From: Candidatus Paracaedimonas acanthamoebae
GTDB taxonomy: Bacteria > Pseudomonadota > Alphaproteobacteria > Caedimonadales > Caedimonadaceae
Assembly: GCA_000743035.1 (NCBI GenBank)
Contig: CP008936.1
Span: 1,560,001-1,592,000 of the forward strand
Reading direction: 5' to 3'
Length of the DNA stretch: 32,000 nt
The stretch's first letter is position 1. Each line of letters begins with the position of its first letter. Below the pieces are notes generated by a model. That model made no database searches and was not told the origin of the DNA. It worked only from the letters and a program-made list of their open reading frames with translations. The position numbers and the translations under genes were made by a program. Below, piece by piece: positions 7,459 through 16,174 of the stretch.

Positions 7459-8436
7459 ATGAATGAGGCTATATTAGGGATAGATGTTTCTAAGAAAGAC
7501 CTTTCTATCGCTCTTCTCCTCCATACGTCTTATAAAAAATACAAGGTCTCTAATAACATTAAAGGCTTCATAGGTCTAACAAAGTGGCTGCAAGCACAAG
7601 GTATTGAACAAGTTAAGGCCTGTATGGAAGCCACAGGAAGCTATGGAGAGAAGCTTGCAGATTATCTCTATGAACAAGGACATCAAGTTCATATTGTTAA
7701 TCCTGCTTGTATTAAAGCCTTTGCCAGAAGCAAGCTTAGTCGCCATAAAACAGATGAGGTTGATGCTCACCTGATTGCAGAGTATGCGAGCAAGAATGAG
7801 TTAAGAGCCTATAAGCCTAAAGAGCCCATGTTAAAAGAATTAAGATCTCTTTATCGATGCTTGCAAAACTTGAAGGAACAACATACTCAAGTTGGAAACT
7901 TCTTAGAAACCAAAGACTGCCTTCCAAAAAGTGTTGAGAAAGTTTATCAAAACCTCATCAAGCATATAGAGAAGCAAATTAACGTCGTTAATGTTGCTAT
8001 AGACCAAGTGGTCTCTTCAAAAGAGAGCTTAAACCAGGATTGTAGGAACCTTCAAAGCATTCCAGGCATTGGCAAAATAACAGCCATAGCTATTCTTGCA
8101 GAAATCCCTGAACTTTCTTCTTTAGAAAGTGCCAGGCAATTAGCTGCATATGCTGGTCTTACGCCATCTCATAGAACATCAGGGACTTCTGTTAAAGGAA
8201 GATCTTGTCTTTCTAAAATAGGTTCTTCTTCTTTAAGGAAAGCTCTTTATTTTCCAGCTATCGCAGCTAAAAATCATAATCCGCTTCTTCAACCCTTTGT
8301 CCAAAAATTAGAGAAAAAAGGTAAACATACTATGGTGATTATAGGCGCTATTATGAGAAAGCTTCTCCATATATGCTTCGGGGTGCTGAAATATAAAACA
8401 GTTTTTAACCCTGAAATTCTTAAAATTAATCCTTGA
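7459..8436 (+). CDS. IS110 family transposase (DEDD recombinase)
   Basis: 325 aa. The N-terminal part reads ILGIDVSKKDL...ACMEATGSYG...NP...HKTDEVDA. The C-terminal part reads IPGIGKITAIAILAEI...AAYAGLTPSHRTSG. Confidence 0.95.
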   Translation: MNEAILGIDVSKKDLSIALLLHTSYKKYKVSNNIKGFIGLTKWLQAQGIEQVKACMEATGSYGEKLADYLYEQGHQVHIVNPACIKAFARSKLSRHKTDEVDAHLIAEYASKNELRAYKPKEPMLKELRSLYRCLQNLKEQHTQVGNFLETKDCLPKSVEKVYQNLIKHIEKQINVVNVAIDQVVSSKESLNQDCRNLQSIPGIGKITAIAILAEIPELSSLESARQLAAYAGLTPSHRTSGTSVKGRSCLSKIGSSSLRKALYFPAIAAKNHNPLLQPFVQKLEKKGKHTMVIIGAIMRKLLHICFGVLKYKTVFNPEILKINP

Positions 8437-8458
8437 TCCTTAACACAGTATCAGAACC

Positions 8459-8605
8459 CTTTATAAAGGAAGAAAGAAGAAGCTCGGTGAAGAAGCAATA
8501 GGAGAGCTTAAGGAGAAAATTAATCAAGGACAAAGCAAATCAGCAGTTGCCAAGGATCTTAATATTAGTCGGGAGACTTTATACCAATACTTGAGGAGTA
8601 ATTAA
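8459..8605 (+). pseudogene. Serine recombinase relic, copy 2 (C-terminal HTH only)
   Basis: LYKGRKKKLGEEAIGELKEKINQGQSKSAVAKDLNISRETLYQYLRSN* begins exactly at the right end of IS110 element A. The recombinase body upstream is absent. Confidence 0.8.
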
Positions 8606-8631
8606 CTCTTATCTCGTATTTTTAATGTCTA

Positions 8632-8711
8632 TACCCCAACTATGCCCAAAATTTAGCAAATGGTTGGTATCATTAGGTAAAACTTACTTTTTTCTTAAAG
8701 TTGCAGCAGAA
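8632..8711. repeat. Left arm of an about 80-bp imperfect inverted repeat
   Basis: TACCCCAACTATGCCCAAAATTTAGCAAATGGTTGGTATCATTAGGTAAAACTTACTTTTTTCTTAAAGTT... matches the RC of 9296-9375 with about 6 mismatches. It includes the stop and last 9 codons of ORF 8684-9199. Confidence 0.85.
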
Positions 8712-9199
8712 TTTTCTAAGCTGTTAGCGGTATTATTGAATACTAGCATGTTTTTTGTACGGTCATACCTCATAAACTGATGAAATACTTCTTCATATTT
8801 TTCCATCGTTGCACTGCATAAAACTTTACGTTTCTCAATAAAATTCTTTACCTTTTCTTGGCGACCTTTAATTCTTGATAATACGCTACCTTTTTCCATG
8901 CAATTTGCTCCACACCAATTATAATTTATTGCATTTGATGCGTCATTTTTCTCATTCTCAGATAGCATTTTACAATGCTGATTGATAAAATTTACTTTCT
9001 CTTTCAATGTAGCTATATTTGTACCAATATCGGTTTTTTGAAATCCCATAAGAATTAAATCTTTTATCGTAAATTTTCCGTCTATTGTATAGTGGTCAGT
9101 ACAACTGGCCCCACGGTCTTGTAAAGCTTTAGAGGCCGCTAACGCATCAAGATTTATTAAAAGCATTGTAGCTGTGCTAAGGAATATAAAGAAGTTCAT
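8684..9199 (-). CDS. Secreted Cys-containing protein, unknown function, inside the IR-bounded cassette
   Basis: 171 aa. The signal-peptide-like leader is MNFFIFLSTATMLLINLDALAAS. There are six Cys residues and no motif I recognise. Confidence 0.55.
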   Translation of the reverse strand: MNFFIFLSTATMLLINLDALAASKALQDRGASCTDHYTIDGKFTIKDLILMGFQKTDIGTNIATLKEKVNFINQHCKMLSENEKNDASNAINYNWCGANCMEKGSVLSRIKGRQEKVKNFIEKRKVLCSATMEKYEEVFHQFMRYDRTKNMLVFNNTANSLENSAATLRKK

Positions 9200-9295
9200 A
9201 TAAAGTACCTTATAAAATAACGTTCAATAAAACTTATTACATCAAAATAAAGTTAAATATTTATTAAAAAATCTGGGCTTTAGAATATATATGGT

Positions 9296-9375
9296 TCTGT
9301 TGAAACTTTAAGAAAAAGGTAAGTTTTATCTAATGATACCAACCATTTGCTAAATTTTGGACATAGTTGGGGTAC
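9296..9375. repeat. Right arm of the about 80-bp imperfect inverted repeat
   Basis: RC of 8632-8711. The outermost about 22 bp recurs at 5282-5303. Confidence 0.85.
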
Positions 9376-9446
9376 GGGGAGCAATAGAACGGTAAAAGCA
9401 CTTAAGGATTGTTATTTGAGGAGTTAACTATAACTCAATAAATAAT

Positions 9447-10421
9447 TTATGTTTCAGCTTCTATAAAGTCGCGTAATGCCTTTGTTATATAGCCTGTGAA
9501 GACGAATGAAGACTCAAGATTAAGGCACATTTTAACTCGAATAAAACTCAAGGCAACTTGTAATGGCCTTATCCTCTTACTCAAGTGAAAAGCTTCTAGA
9601 AGTTTTTTTTTCGTCTCAAATTCAATCCACTGATTCAAATATACATTTTGCAGGTGAATATATCTCTCATCTTCTTCCTTCAAACCATGGTAGCGAGTAG
9701 CGCTATTTAAATAGGATACCAGTGAATAAAATGGATGAGAAATTACAGCATCTCCCCAATCTCCTATAGTGAGATGACTATTTTTTATGAGTATATTATT
9801 ATCGTTAAAGTCTGTGTGTTCCAAGGTTTCTGGGATATTGTATCTGGATAGACACTCACAAAGAAAAGAAAATCTGGAGTATAAAGTATGTAACGTTTTA
9901 ATTTCAGCAGAAGTTAATCCATCTTTCTTTAAAATTTTTTCTTGTTTGATGAGATGAAGATAGAGGTCTGGCAGTTTTACTAATCGCCAGTCAGGGACGC
10001 CTATAGAGAGAAAAGCATTAATATGTTTTACTGCTTTGCGTTGGCTATTAGCACAAATCGTTAATGCTCTAACCAGCAAGCCTATTTTAACCTCGGCTTT
10101 TAAATACTTACTCAAAGGCGTGCCTGCATCTTCCATAAGAAAACAACTTAAATCATTGTTTATTGCGATGACCTTTGGTACCGAGTCACAATCCCACTGG
10201 GCCAGCGTTTTTATTAGTCTTGGTTCTACAGAAAAAAGAGATGCCATTTCTTTTAAATAAATAGAACCTTTTGACGTGGAAAAATGCGTAACTTTAGACC
10301 AGGGCATAGCACGGACAGTATTAGGGCTCTCATTAATGTCATACCCATTTGTTATCAGATAGCTTTGTGCCCAATTTACTGCTGTTTGATTATTACTCTT
10401 AGGCTGCATATAAAATACCAT
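9447..10421 (-). CDS. Phosphotransferase-family kinase (APH/choline-kinase-like fold)
   Basis: 324 aa. HTDFNDNNILI is the HxDxxxxN catalytic loop and IGDWGDA is the metal-binding Asp motif. GAGG lies upstream of the ATG. Confidence 0.65.
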   Translation of the reverse strand: MVFYMQPKSNNQTAVNWAQSYLITNGYDINESPNTVRAMPWSKVTHFSTSKGSIYLKEMASLFSVEPRLIKTLAQWDCDSVPKVIAINNDLSCFLMEDAGTPLSKYLKAEVKIGLLVRALTICANSQRKAVKHINAFLSIGVPDWRLVKLPDLYLHLIKQEKILKKDGLTSAEIKTLHTLYSRFSFLCECLSRYNIPETLEHTDFNDNNILIKNSHLTIGDWGDAVISHPFYSLVSYLNSATRYHGLKEEDERYIHLQNVYLNQWIEFETKKKLLEAFHLSKRIRPLQVALSFIRVKMCLNLESSFVFTGYITKALRDFIEAET

Positions 10422-10544
10422 TCAAATTTTCAACCTCAATCTACGAGGTAAGCCAGTATTAATGGTATGGACCTGCCTTGTTGGTCTCAATAAGCTGAGG
10501 CATGCACGAGCTCATAGGCTCAAAAACAACAAAAGGAGGTCCAC

Positions 10545-11576
10545 ATGGAAATAAAAGCATTAGGAATTGATCTTGGCAAGAACTGGTTTCATCTTCACGG
10601 GATTGATAAAAGAGGAAAGCCTGTGCTTCAGAAAAAAGTCAGTAGAGAAAAATTACCGATCGTTATCGCCAATCTTCCTGGTTGCTTAATTGGAATGGAA
10701 GCTTGTGCGGGCGCTCATTTTTGGGCTAGATGCTTTCAACAGATGGGGCATGAAGTCAAGCTCATAGCGCCTCAATTTGTTAAACCTTATGTAAAGAGCA
10801 ATAAGAACGATCAAGCAGATGCAGCGGCTATATCTGAAGCTGTCACCCGCTCTCATATGAGATTTGTCCCTATAAAATCTTCTGCTCAACAAGAGATATT
10901 AGCTATCCATCGCGTTCGTGAGCGTCTTGTACGGGTAAAAACAGCTTTAACCAATGAGATTCGAGGGTTACTTTTAGAACAAGGAATTACAATTCCTCAG
11001 GGAGTCAGCAAGTTTGAACAATTTTTAGCAAATCTACTAGATCCTGAAATTGAAGAACTCAGTCCTCTTTTTAAAGGCCTTTTAGGGGAACTCGTTGAAG
11101 AATTCAAGCTTGCTAAAGGAAGAGTAAAGAGACTTGAAGAACGTCTCCAGCGACTTGGGAAGGAAGACAAAGCCGTACAGCGACTAATGACGATTCCTGG
11201 AGTTGGCCCCATAGGAGCTTCTGCTCTTGTTGGATCAATTGGAGATATTCGACAATTTAAAAATGGTAGAGAGTTATCTGCCTGGCTTGGGCTTGTGCCA
11301 AGGCAACATTCAACAGGAGGTAAACCTCGACTTTTAGGAATTAGTAAAAGAGGAGATTTATATTTACGAACACTTCTTATTCATGGAGCTCGGGCTGTTA
11401 TAAGATGGATTAGCCAACGTGAAAAACCTGTATCTTCTCTGGAGAAATGGGTCTTGGATATTATTGAACGGCGAGGAATAAACCGAGCAATAGTTGCGCT
11501 CGCCAATAAAATAGGGCGAATGATTTGGGCTCTTCTTGCAAAAGAAGAAAACTATAGAATGCATGCAACTGTATAA
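10545..11576 (+). CDS. IS110 family (IS1111 subgroup-like) transposase
   Basis: 343 aa. Motifs: LGIDLGKNWFHL...GMEACAGAHFW...APQFVKPYVKSNKNDQADAAAI...IPGVGPIGASALV...AWLGLVPRQHSTGGK. Confidence 0.95.
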   Translation: MEIKALGIDLGKNWFHLHGIDKRGKPVLQKKVSREKLPIVIANLPGCLIGMEACAGAHFWARCFQQMGHEVKLIAPQFVKPYVKSNKNDQADAAAISEAVTRSHMRFVPIKSSAQQEILAIHRVRERLVRVKTALTNEIRGLLLEQGITIPQGVSKFEQFLANLLDPEIEELSPLFKGLLGELVEEFKLAKGRVKRLEERLQRLGKEDKAVQRLMTIPGVGPIGASALVGSIGDIRQFKNGRELSAWLGLVPRQHSTGGKPRLLGISKRGDLYLRTLLIHGARAVIRWISQREKPVSSLEKWVLDIIERRGINRAIVALANKIGRMIWALLAKEENYRMHATV

Positions 11577-11824
11577 TTTAGAAGAGTTTCGTATCTGAAG
11601 AAAGGCCATAGGAGAGAAAAATTGATGGTGAGTATCGGTCAAACCACTTTGAGAAAAATCCGCATTACATTGAGGCTCTTGGAAGCCGAAGTATTGATAG
11701 GGATTTTTCAAAGGCGGATTTCCATCAGGGCTAGAGGGGAAAATAACCTATCATTAAGCCGTATACATAACTGCAGCCGATTTTCTTTCATCAATTATTT
11801 TTTTCAAAAAGCCTTGATTCAGTC
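11577..11824 (+). ncRNA. Candidate 3' bridge-RNA-type non-coding region of element B
   Basis: Long 3' non-coding end between the transposase stop and the right IR. It is partly conserved in blocks, separated by divergent stretches, with the relic at 4017-4306. Confidence 0.35.
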
Positions 11825-12204
11825 GGCAGGTCCATACATCATGTAATGGATTGCGATAAGGAATAAAAAAAAGACCAAATTTCTTATATTTTTTTATGAA
11901 TTACAGAGTGAAGTTCTTTAAATATATTAATCTCTTCCTATAATTATTTATATAGGCCTAATGGGCACGCCCCTATGATATAAAGCCACTAACATTTATC
12001 CTAATCCCCTAATTGAATAGTTTTATTGAATAGCTCTCGTTTGACAATATAGATACTGTTTCCAATAATGAATCAAATAAAATGGGAAAAGCAATCAAGC
12101 ATAAGACAGCATGTTATAAGAAAAATAGTTAACAAATAAACTTATTATCATCGATTAGAAGATTTATAATTAATAAAAATAATCAAATATAGGTGGAGGA
12201 TATT

Positions 12205-13044
12205 ATGAATATAGAGAAAACCGCTGGATTAATATATCCACATAAAGCCTTATTTCTTTCTTATCAGAAAGTAAACAAGTTGGTTAGGTATTTGTTTTTA
12301 GCGTGCTTTCTATGCACCCCTTCAATTGGTACTCAAAATATCCACACCATTACTTCTTATGACGAGGTGCCTTGGGAAAAACTGGGACATTCTCCAAAGA
12401 AAATTTTTATGTTTGATATTTACGATACACAAGTGCGTATGAATCTCTTATCCACCATATGGGGCGCCGTCTCCCATCGACCAATAGAAAGCATCAAACA
12501 ATTGTGGACATATGCCATTCACGGTGACAAGAAGGGCATTATAGGCTTGGGCACACTCTATATGGACTGTGATCTGATAGATAAAACACTGCTTTCTCGG
12601 ATTGATAACCTTATTGCAAATGATCATATAGTTTGGAATCTTACAAATCTTTACACAGGCCCTCTTGATGGCACAACTTTTGAAGCACAAACCGCATGCA
12701 TTCTTGACAGAAAACAATTACATCGCAGCCCTATCCTCGTCAATGGAGTGAAGGTAGACAGAGTCGATTTCCAAGAATACCAGCATGCACACCCAGTATT
12801 CTATAAAGGCGTTACCGTCAATGACAAACGATCCAAGGTGGATATCATGAAATACCGCTTTTTACCATGGCTCCAAAACAATACTTCTTACCACTCTATC
12901 TCAGACTTAGTATATTTTGATGATATGGCTGGTAATGTGAAAGGTATAGAAGAGGTCTGCAAGGAATTTAATATCAACTATACAGGTTTTATATGTAATT
13001 TTGGTCACACCCCTATATTAGGAGACCTATCTGAGGAATTTTAA
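12205..13044 (+). CDS. Hypothetical protein with hydrophobic N-terminal segment (possibly a degenerate HAD-like fold)
   Basis: I prefer the ATG at 12205 behind GGTGGAGGA. The track ORF starts at GTG 12193. The hydrophobic segment is LVRYLFLACFLCTPSIG. FMFDIYDT and VYFDDMAGN loosely resemble HAD motifs I and IV, but motif I is not canonical. Confidence 0.55.
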   Translation: MNIEKTAGLIYPHKALFLSYQKVNKLVRYLFLACFLCTPSIGTQNIHTITSYDEVPWEKLGHSPKKIFMFDIYDTQVRMNLLSTIWGAVSHRPIESIKQLWTYAIHGDKKGIIGLGTLYMDCDLIDKTLLSRIDNLIANDHIVWNLTNLYTGPLDGTTFEAQTACILDRKQLHRSPILVNGVKVDRVDFQEYQHAHPVFYKGVTVNDKRSKVDIMKYRFLPWLQNNTSYHSISDLVYFDDMAGNVKGIEEVCKEFNINYTGFICNFGHTPILGDLSEEF

Positions 13045-13598
13045 AAATGAGAAAGCTTTAGCTGAATCCCAAGACCTCTTTGAGGCATCTAACATTCCTT
13101 ATCATCTTACAAGGGGTGCACAATAGTTAGCAAATCAGCAAGTTATAGAAATTATAGTTTAACCTTTGAAGAGGAAGCCTCTCTTCAGCTAGGGCCTCAG
13201 CAACATTTACCCCGCTTAACCTTAGAAGTGCTGAGTTTCGGCAAATGCTTCAGAGATTAGTCCAAACTTATTTTGAGCGATCTGCACGAATTGAGACCTA
13301 AGCTTCACAAATGCTCATTTGGAGCTTAAGCCCAATGCTGAACACAGATTCTTCTTTACAAATCCCGAAGGAAAGGAGTCGATTAGACAGCAATATTGCA
13401 TAAAGAACAATCTGGTCTCTTCATATTTGATGCTTACGATCTACGGTAGGCACGTAAGCTCGTTAGTAAGTAACGTAAGTGTATGCAAAGGTAAAATGAC
13501 TGAAATGGAGAAAATAATATAAACTTTAAACTTACTCTTTTATGAGTAAAGTTCCATATTGAAATTGCGTACAATCATCGATAGTAAAGGTAATCCCC

Positions 13599-14249
13599 AT
13601 GCAAAATAAATTTTTAGCAGCGCTTGTATGCGCTATGGTAATAGGCTCAGTTGCTAAGCCCTCATATGCTTCTTTGGATATAGATGAGCCTTATAAGGCT
13701 TCTAGATTTCAAGCAGGAACTAGAAGTAATGAGGGCCTGCTTCCTCAGGAAAGAAATAATAGTGATTCAATTCCCTATAAAAAATATGCACTCATTGGTG
13801 GCGTAGTTGCGGCTGGCGCTGCGATCTTCATTCACGAGTTATATCAAAATGTTCTTAATATCCCTGAATGTCCTTCACAAGTCTCTAGCGGCTTTTTAAA
13901 GTCTACAATGGAAGATATGGAAGGTCTAGGTGAAAACGCTTGCCTTACGCTCTCTAGAGTACCAGTATCAGCATCGTCTACTCCCGTTCCCTATAGCATG
14001 CCCGAGCAATTGTTAGGTTATTGCTTTGATGTTACATGCAATGCTACAAAAGAAATGCTGGGAAGTGGCCCCTTTAATCTTACGGATGCATATAATTATG
14101 TTTCCGGATCTTATTCTACAGCAACATGTACGTATGCCTTTGAAAATGATGATCAAGTGACTGAATGTATTCTAAAAGCTAGCCCATCAGGTATAGACTC
14201 CTTTATCTTTAAAATAGGTAGTATGATTTCCAGCTATTTTGGCTATTAG
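13599..14249 (+). CDS. Secreted/membrane protein, unknown function
   Basis: 216 aa. The signal-like leader is MQNKFLAALVCAMVIGSVAKPSYAS. An internal TM segment reads YALIGGVVAAGAAIFI. AAGGTAA lies upstream of the ATG. Confidence 0.6.
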   Translation: MQNKFLAALVCAMVIGSVAKPSYASLDIDEPYKASRFQAGTRSNEGLLPQERNNSDSIPYKKYALIGGVVAAGAAIFIHELYQNVLNIPECPSQVSSGFLKSTMEDMEGLGENACLTLSRVPVSASSTPVPYSMPEQLLGYCFDVTCNATKEMLGSGPFNLTDAYNYVSGSYSTATCTYAFENDDQVTECILKASPSGIDSFIFKIGSMISSYFGY

Positions 14250-14416
14250 TGAGTCTTCTTATTGAACAACTGGCAGCATAACAGGAGCTGCCGAGTAAGC
14301 TTTTGAACTTAAAATTGTTTGCTTCTTCCTAACTATAAAAGCGCCCCGCAGTGTACATGATTGACTGCAACTCAACCATTTACACAAAAGGCATAACCTT
14401 AAAAGGAACCTTAATT

Positions 14417-15187
14417 ATGAAACGCCACTTTTTACCTTTAATCCTTACATGTATGCTTTCTTTTAGTTCCTTATCTCATGCTTCTTCTGTTGAAGGAATG
14501 GGAAATACAGCCTTGGAAGAGCTCTCTCACCATCCAAGACGATATTATCCAGCCCAGCTTGAAGAAGCCCAAACAGTTTTCAGCAGTTATAATACTCATG
14601 TGCAAAAAATTAGTGAAGATATCTTGGCCCTGCTTTTAGAACATGACCGTTTAACCAAGCAATGGGCTTTGGGTACGCCGGTGAGTCTGGGCTGCGCAGC
14701 AACTATAGCGTCCATCTCTTATATATTAGGCGGTGATCTGCTAACGGATTTTCTTATGGGATTTATGGCAGTAGCCGTGGTTTCTAATTTCTATTCGGCT
14801 TATAAGACTGATCAGTATTACAAGAAAGATAAAAAAATTGCACAACTGTGTGAAGAACTCCTGACAGGTCAGGCTCATTCTATTTCTCCTGAAATGTGGG
14901 AAGCTAGGCTTATGACCAGTGCTTTAAAGAAGATTGATTACAGAAAATATATGCCAGAAGGGGAAGAAACCTTAACTGAAGTGGCAGAAGGGGTACATTA
15001 TGCATTTGGTCAATTTATTGCAGCGCGCTTCCGTCTGGCACAAAACAATGTGGTTCCTCCTCTGGAAGACGGTGCAGAGAAGCAAATGTATAAGGCTTTT
15101 GCAGATTGGGGCATTATTCGCCGTCAGGATGTAAATCTATATTATGAAAAAATGTTTGGATATGAAGATGAGCTGCACGAAGAATAA
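14417..15187 (+). CDS. Membrane protein with bilobed hydrophobic domain, unknown function
   Basis: I prefer the ATG at 14417 (MKRHFLPLILTCMLSFSSLSHASS). The track ORF starts at GTG 14351. Two adjacent hydrophobic lobes, VSLGCAATIASISYILGG and FLMGFMAVAVVSNFYSAY, map to nt 14666-14800. Confidence 0.6.
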   Translation: MKRHFLPLILTCMLSFSSLSHASSVEGMGNTALEELSHHPRRYYPAQLEEAQTVFSSYNTHVQKISEDILALLLEHDRLTKQWALGTPVSLGCAATIASISYILGGDLLTDFLMGFMAVAVVSNFYSAYKTDQYYKKDKKIAQLCEELLTGQAHSISPEMWEARLMTSALKKIDYRKYMPEGEETLTEVAEGVHYAFGQFIAARFRLAQNNVVPPLEDGAEKQMYKAFADWGIIRRQDVNLYYEKMFGYEDELHEE

Positions 15188-15389
15188 TAGTTTTTTAAAT
15201 ATAGGAGATAGACAGTTTACCCATTGAGGCGTTTCATCAAGCATAACAGCGTATCGAGAACTTGTTCTGTTGTTTTATTTGTAGATCATTTAACAGAATT
15301 AAAAAGTATGATTGGGTATGTATAAATTATTGCCTGTATTGATTCTTCTTAATTTTTTTGAGACACATAACTAAAGGACGGTAATATGT

Positions 15390-15419
15390 TATTCTTCCTT
15401 TAAGAAAAGGAAGAATAAA
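15390..15419. repeat. Perfect 13-bp stem, 4-nt loop hairpin
   Basis: TTATTCTTCCTTT-AAGA-AAAGGAAGAATAA. No U-tract follows on either strand. It lies 1 nt from the IS110-A right-end relic. Confidence 0.8.
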
Positions 15420-15420
15420 T

Positions 15421-15479
15421 GGTTCTGATACTGTGTTAAAGATCAAGGGATATTTTTAAGGATTTGAGGGTTAAAAACC
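15421..15479 (-). mobile_element. Right-end relic of IS110 element A (inverted)
   Basis: The RC reads GGTTTTTAACCCTCAAATCCTTAAAAATATCCCTTGATCTTTAACACAGTATCAGAACC. The intact end at 8400-8458 reads AGTTTTTAACCCTGAAATTCTTAAAATTAATCCTTGATCCTTAACACAGTATCAGAACC. Confidence 0.8.
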
Positions 15480-15533
15480 TTTTTCAATTTTAGATGCAAT
15501 TAAAGTGTAAATATTAAAAATATGATGTACGCG

Positions 15534-15722
15534 TTAACTACCTCTCAAGTATTGATACAATGTTTCACGACTAATATTAAGCTCTTTGGCAATAGCTGAT
15601 TTGCTTTGTCCTTGAGAAAGCTTCTCCTTAAGCTCTGTGATAACTTCTTCAGTGAGATTCTCCTTTTCTTCCTTTATAAAGTCCTTTTTGCTTTGCAAGT
15701 TAAATGCCTTCTAACTGTTGCT
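15534..15722 (-). pseudogene. Serine recombinase relic, copy 3
   Basis: The RC reads IREQQLEGI*LAKQKGLYKGRK, then a frameshift, then LTEEVITELKEKLSQGQSKSAIAKELNISRETLYQYLRGS*. It has an in-frame stop and a frameshift. It is cut at QLEGI by an IS6 transposase fragment. Confidence 0.8.
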
Positions 15723-15726
15723 CTCT

Positions 15727-15969
15727 GATCTGAGCTACCGTAACTTTGAAGAGATGATGGCAGAAATAGGCGCGGATGTTGATCATACGACTCTCTATCG
15801 CTGGGTCGAAAAGTGGGGGGCTGAGCTTGATAAAAGGATCAGATGGCATACGCAGACCTTCTGCACCTCTTGGCATCTTGATGAGACTTATCTTAAGGTG
15901 AACGGGCAATGGAAGTATCTCTACCGTGCTATTGATAAAAATGGAGGCACCATAGATTTTATGATCTGT
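15727..15969 (+). pseudogene. IS6 family transposase internal fragment
   Basis: LSYRNFEEMMAEIGADVDHTTLYRWVEKWGAELDKRIRWHTQTFCTSWHLDETYLKVNGQWKYLYRAIDKNGGTIDF parallels IS26-type Tnp (ISYRELQEM...VDHSTIYRWV...WRMDETYIKVKGKWKYLYRAVD). Both ends are missing. Confidence 0.8.
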
Positions 15970-16174
15970 TGATTTTCTCTTTATTTTTAATTTACCTTTT
16001 TGGCAGAGTATGCTGTACCTTTAAACATAAAAATCACTCAATATGGAAATTTCTCTTAAGGGCAAAGAGGGCTAACTTCCTTAGTAACGAGGTGTTAGAA
16101 TATGTTTTGTTAAAGGTTGAAGAATGTTAAGGCTTTGAGGGTATTTTTTATTTTAAGGAATGTAAGGAGAAAAG

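Larger units (their letters stand above)
7222..8458 (+). mobile_element. Intact IS110-group insertion sequence (element A)
   Basis: It has a 237-nt 5' leader, a 325-aa transposase, a 22-nt 3' tail and no terminal IRs. A second decayed copy at 2561-3150 shares the left end from CAAAGTTGCAACATG. An inverted relic at 15421-15479 shares the right end ...ACACAGTATCAGAACC. Confidence 0.85.
10465..11837 (+). mobile_element. IS1111-like (IS110 family) insertion sequence (element B)
   Basis: A 13-bp perfect inverted repeat is formed by GTATGGACCTGCC (10465-10477) and GGCAGGTCCATAC (11825-11837). The 5' leader is short and the 3' non-coding region is about 260 nt, which is IS1111-subgroup architecture. 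Confidence 0.8.

Noticed and set aside
12415-12429. DIYDT in ORF 12205-13044 as HAD motif I
   Set aside because: Canonical HAD motif I is DxDx(T/V). Here the spacing is DxxDT, so catalytic assignment is unsupported. I kept only a weak HAD-like note on the CDS.
13045-13598. Track ORF 13319-13522 and surrounding 550 bp without a long ORF
   Set aside because: There is no RBS, a TTG start and no recognisable motif. The neighbouring frames are broken by stops. It is probably degraded sequence of unknown origin, and I could not assign it.
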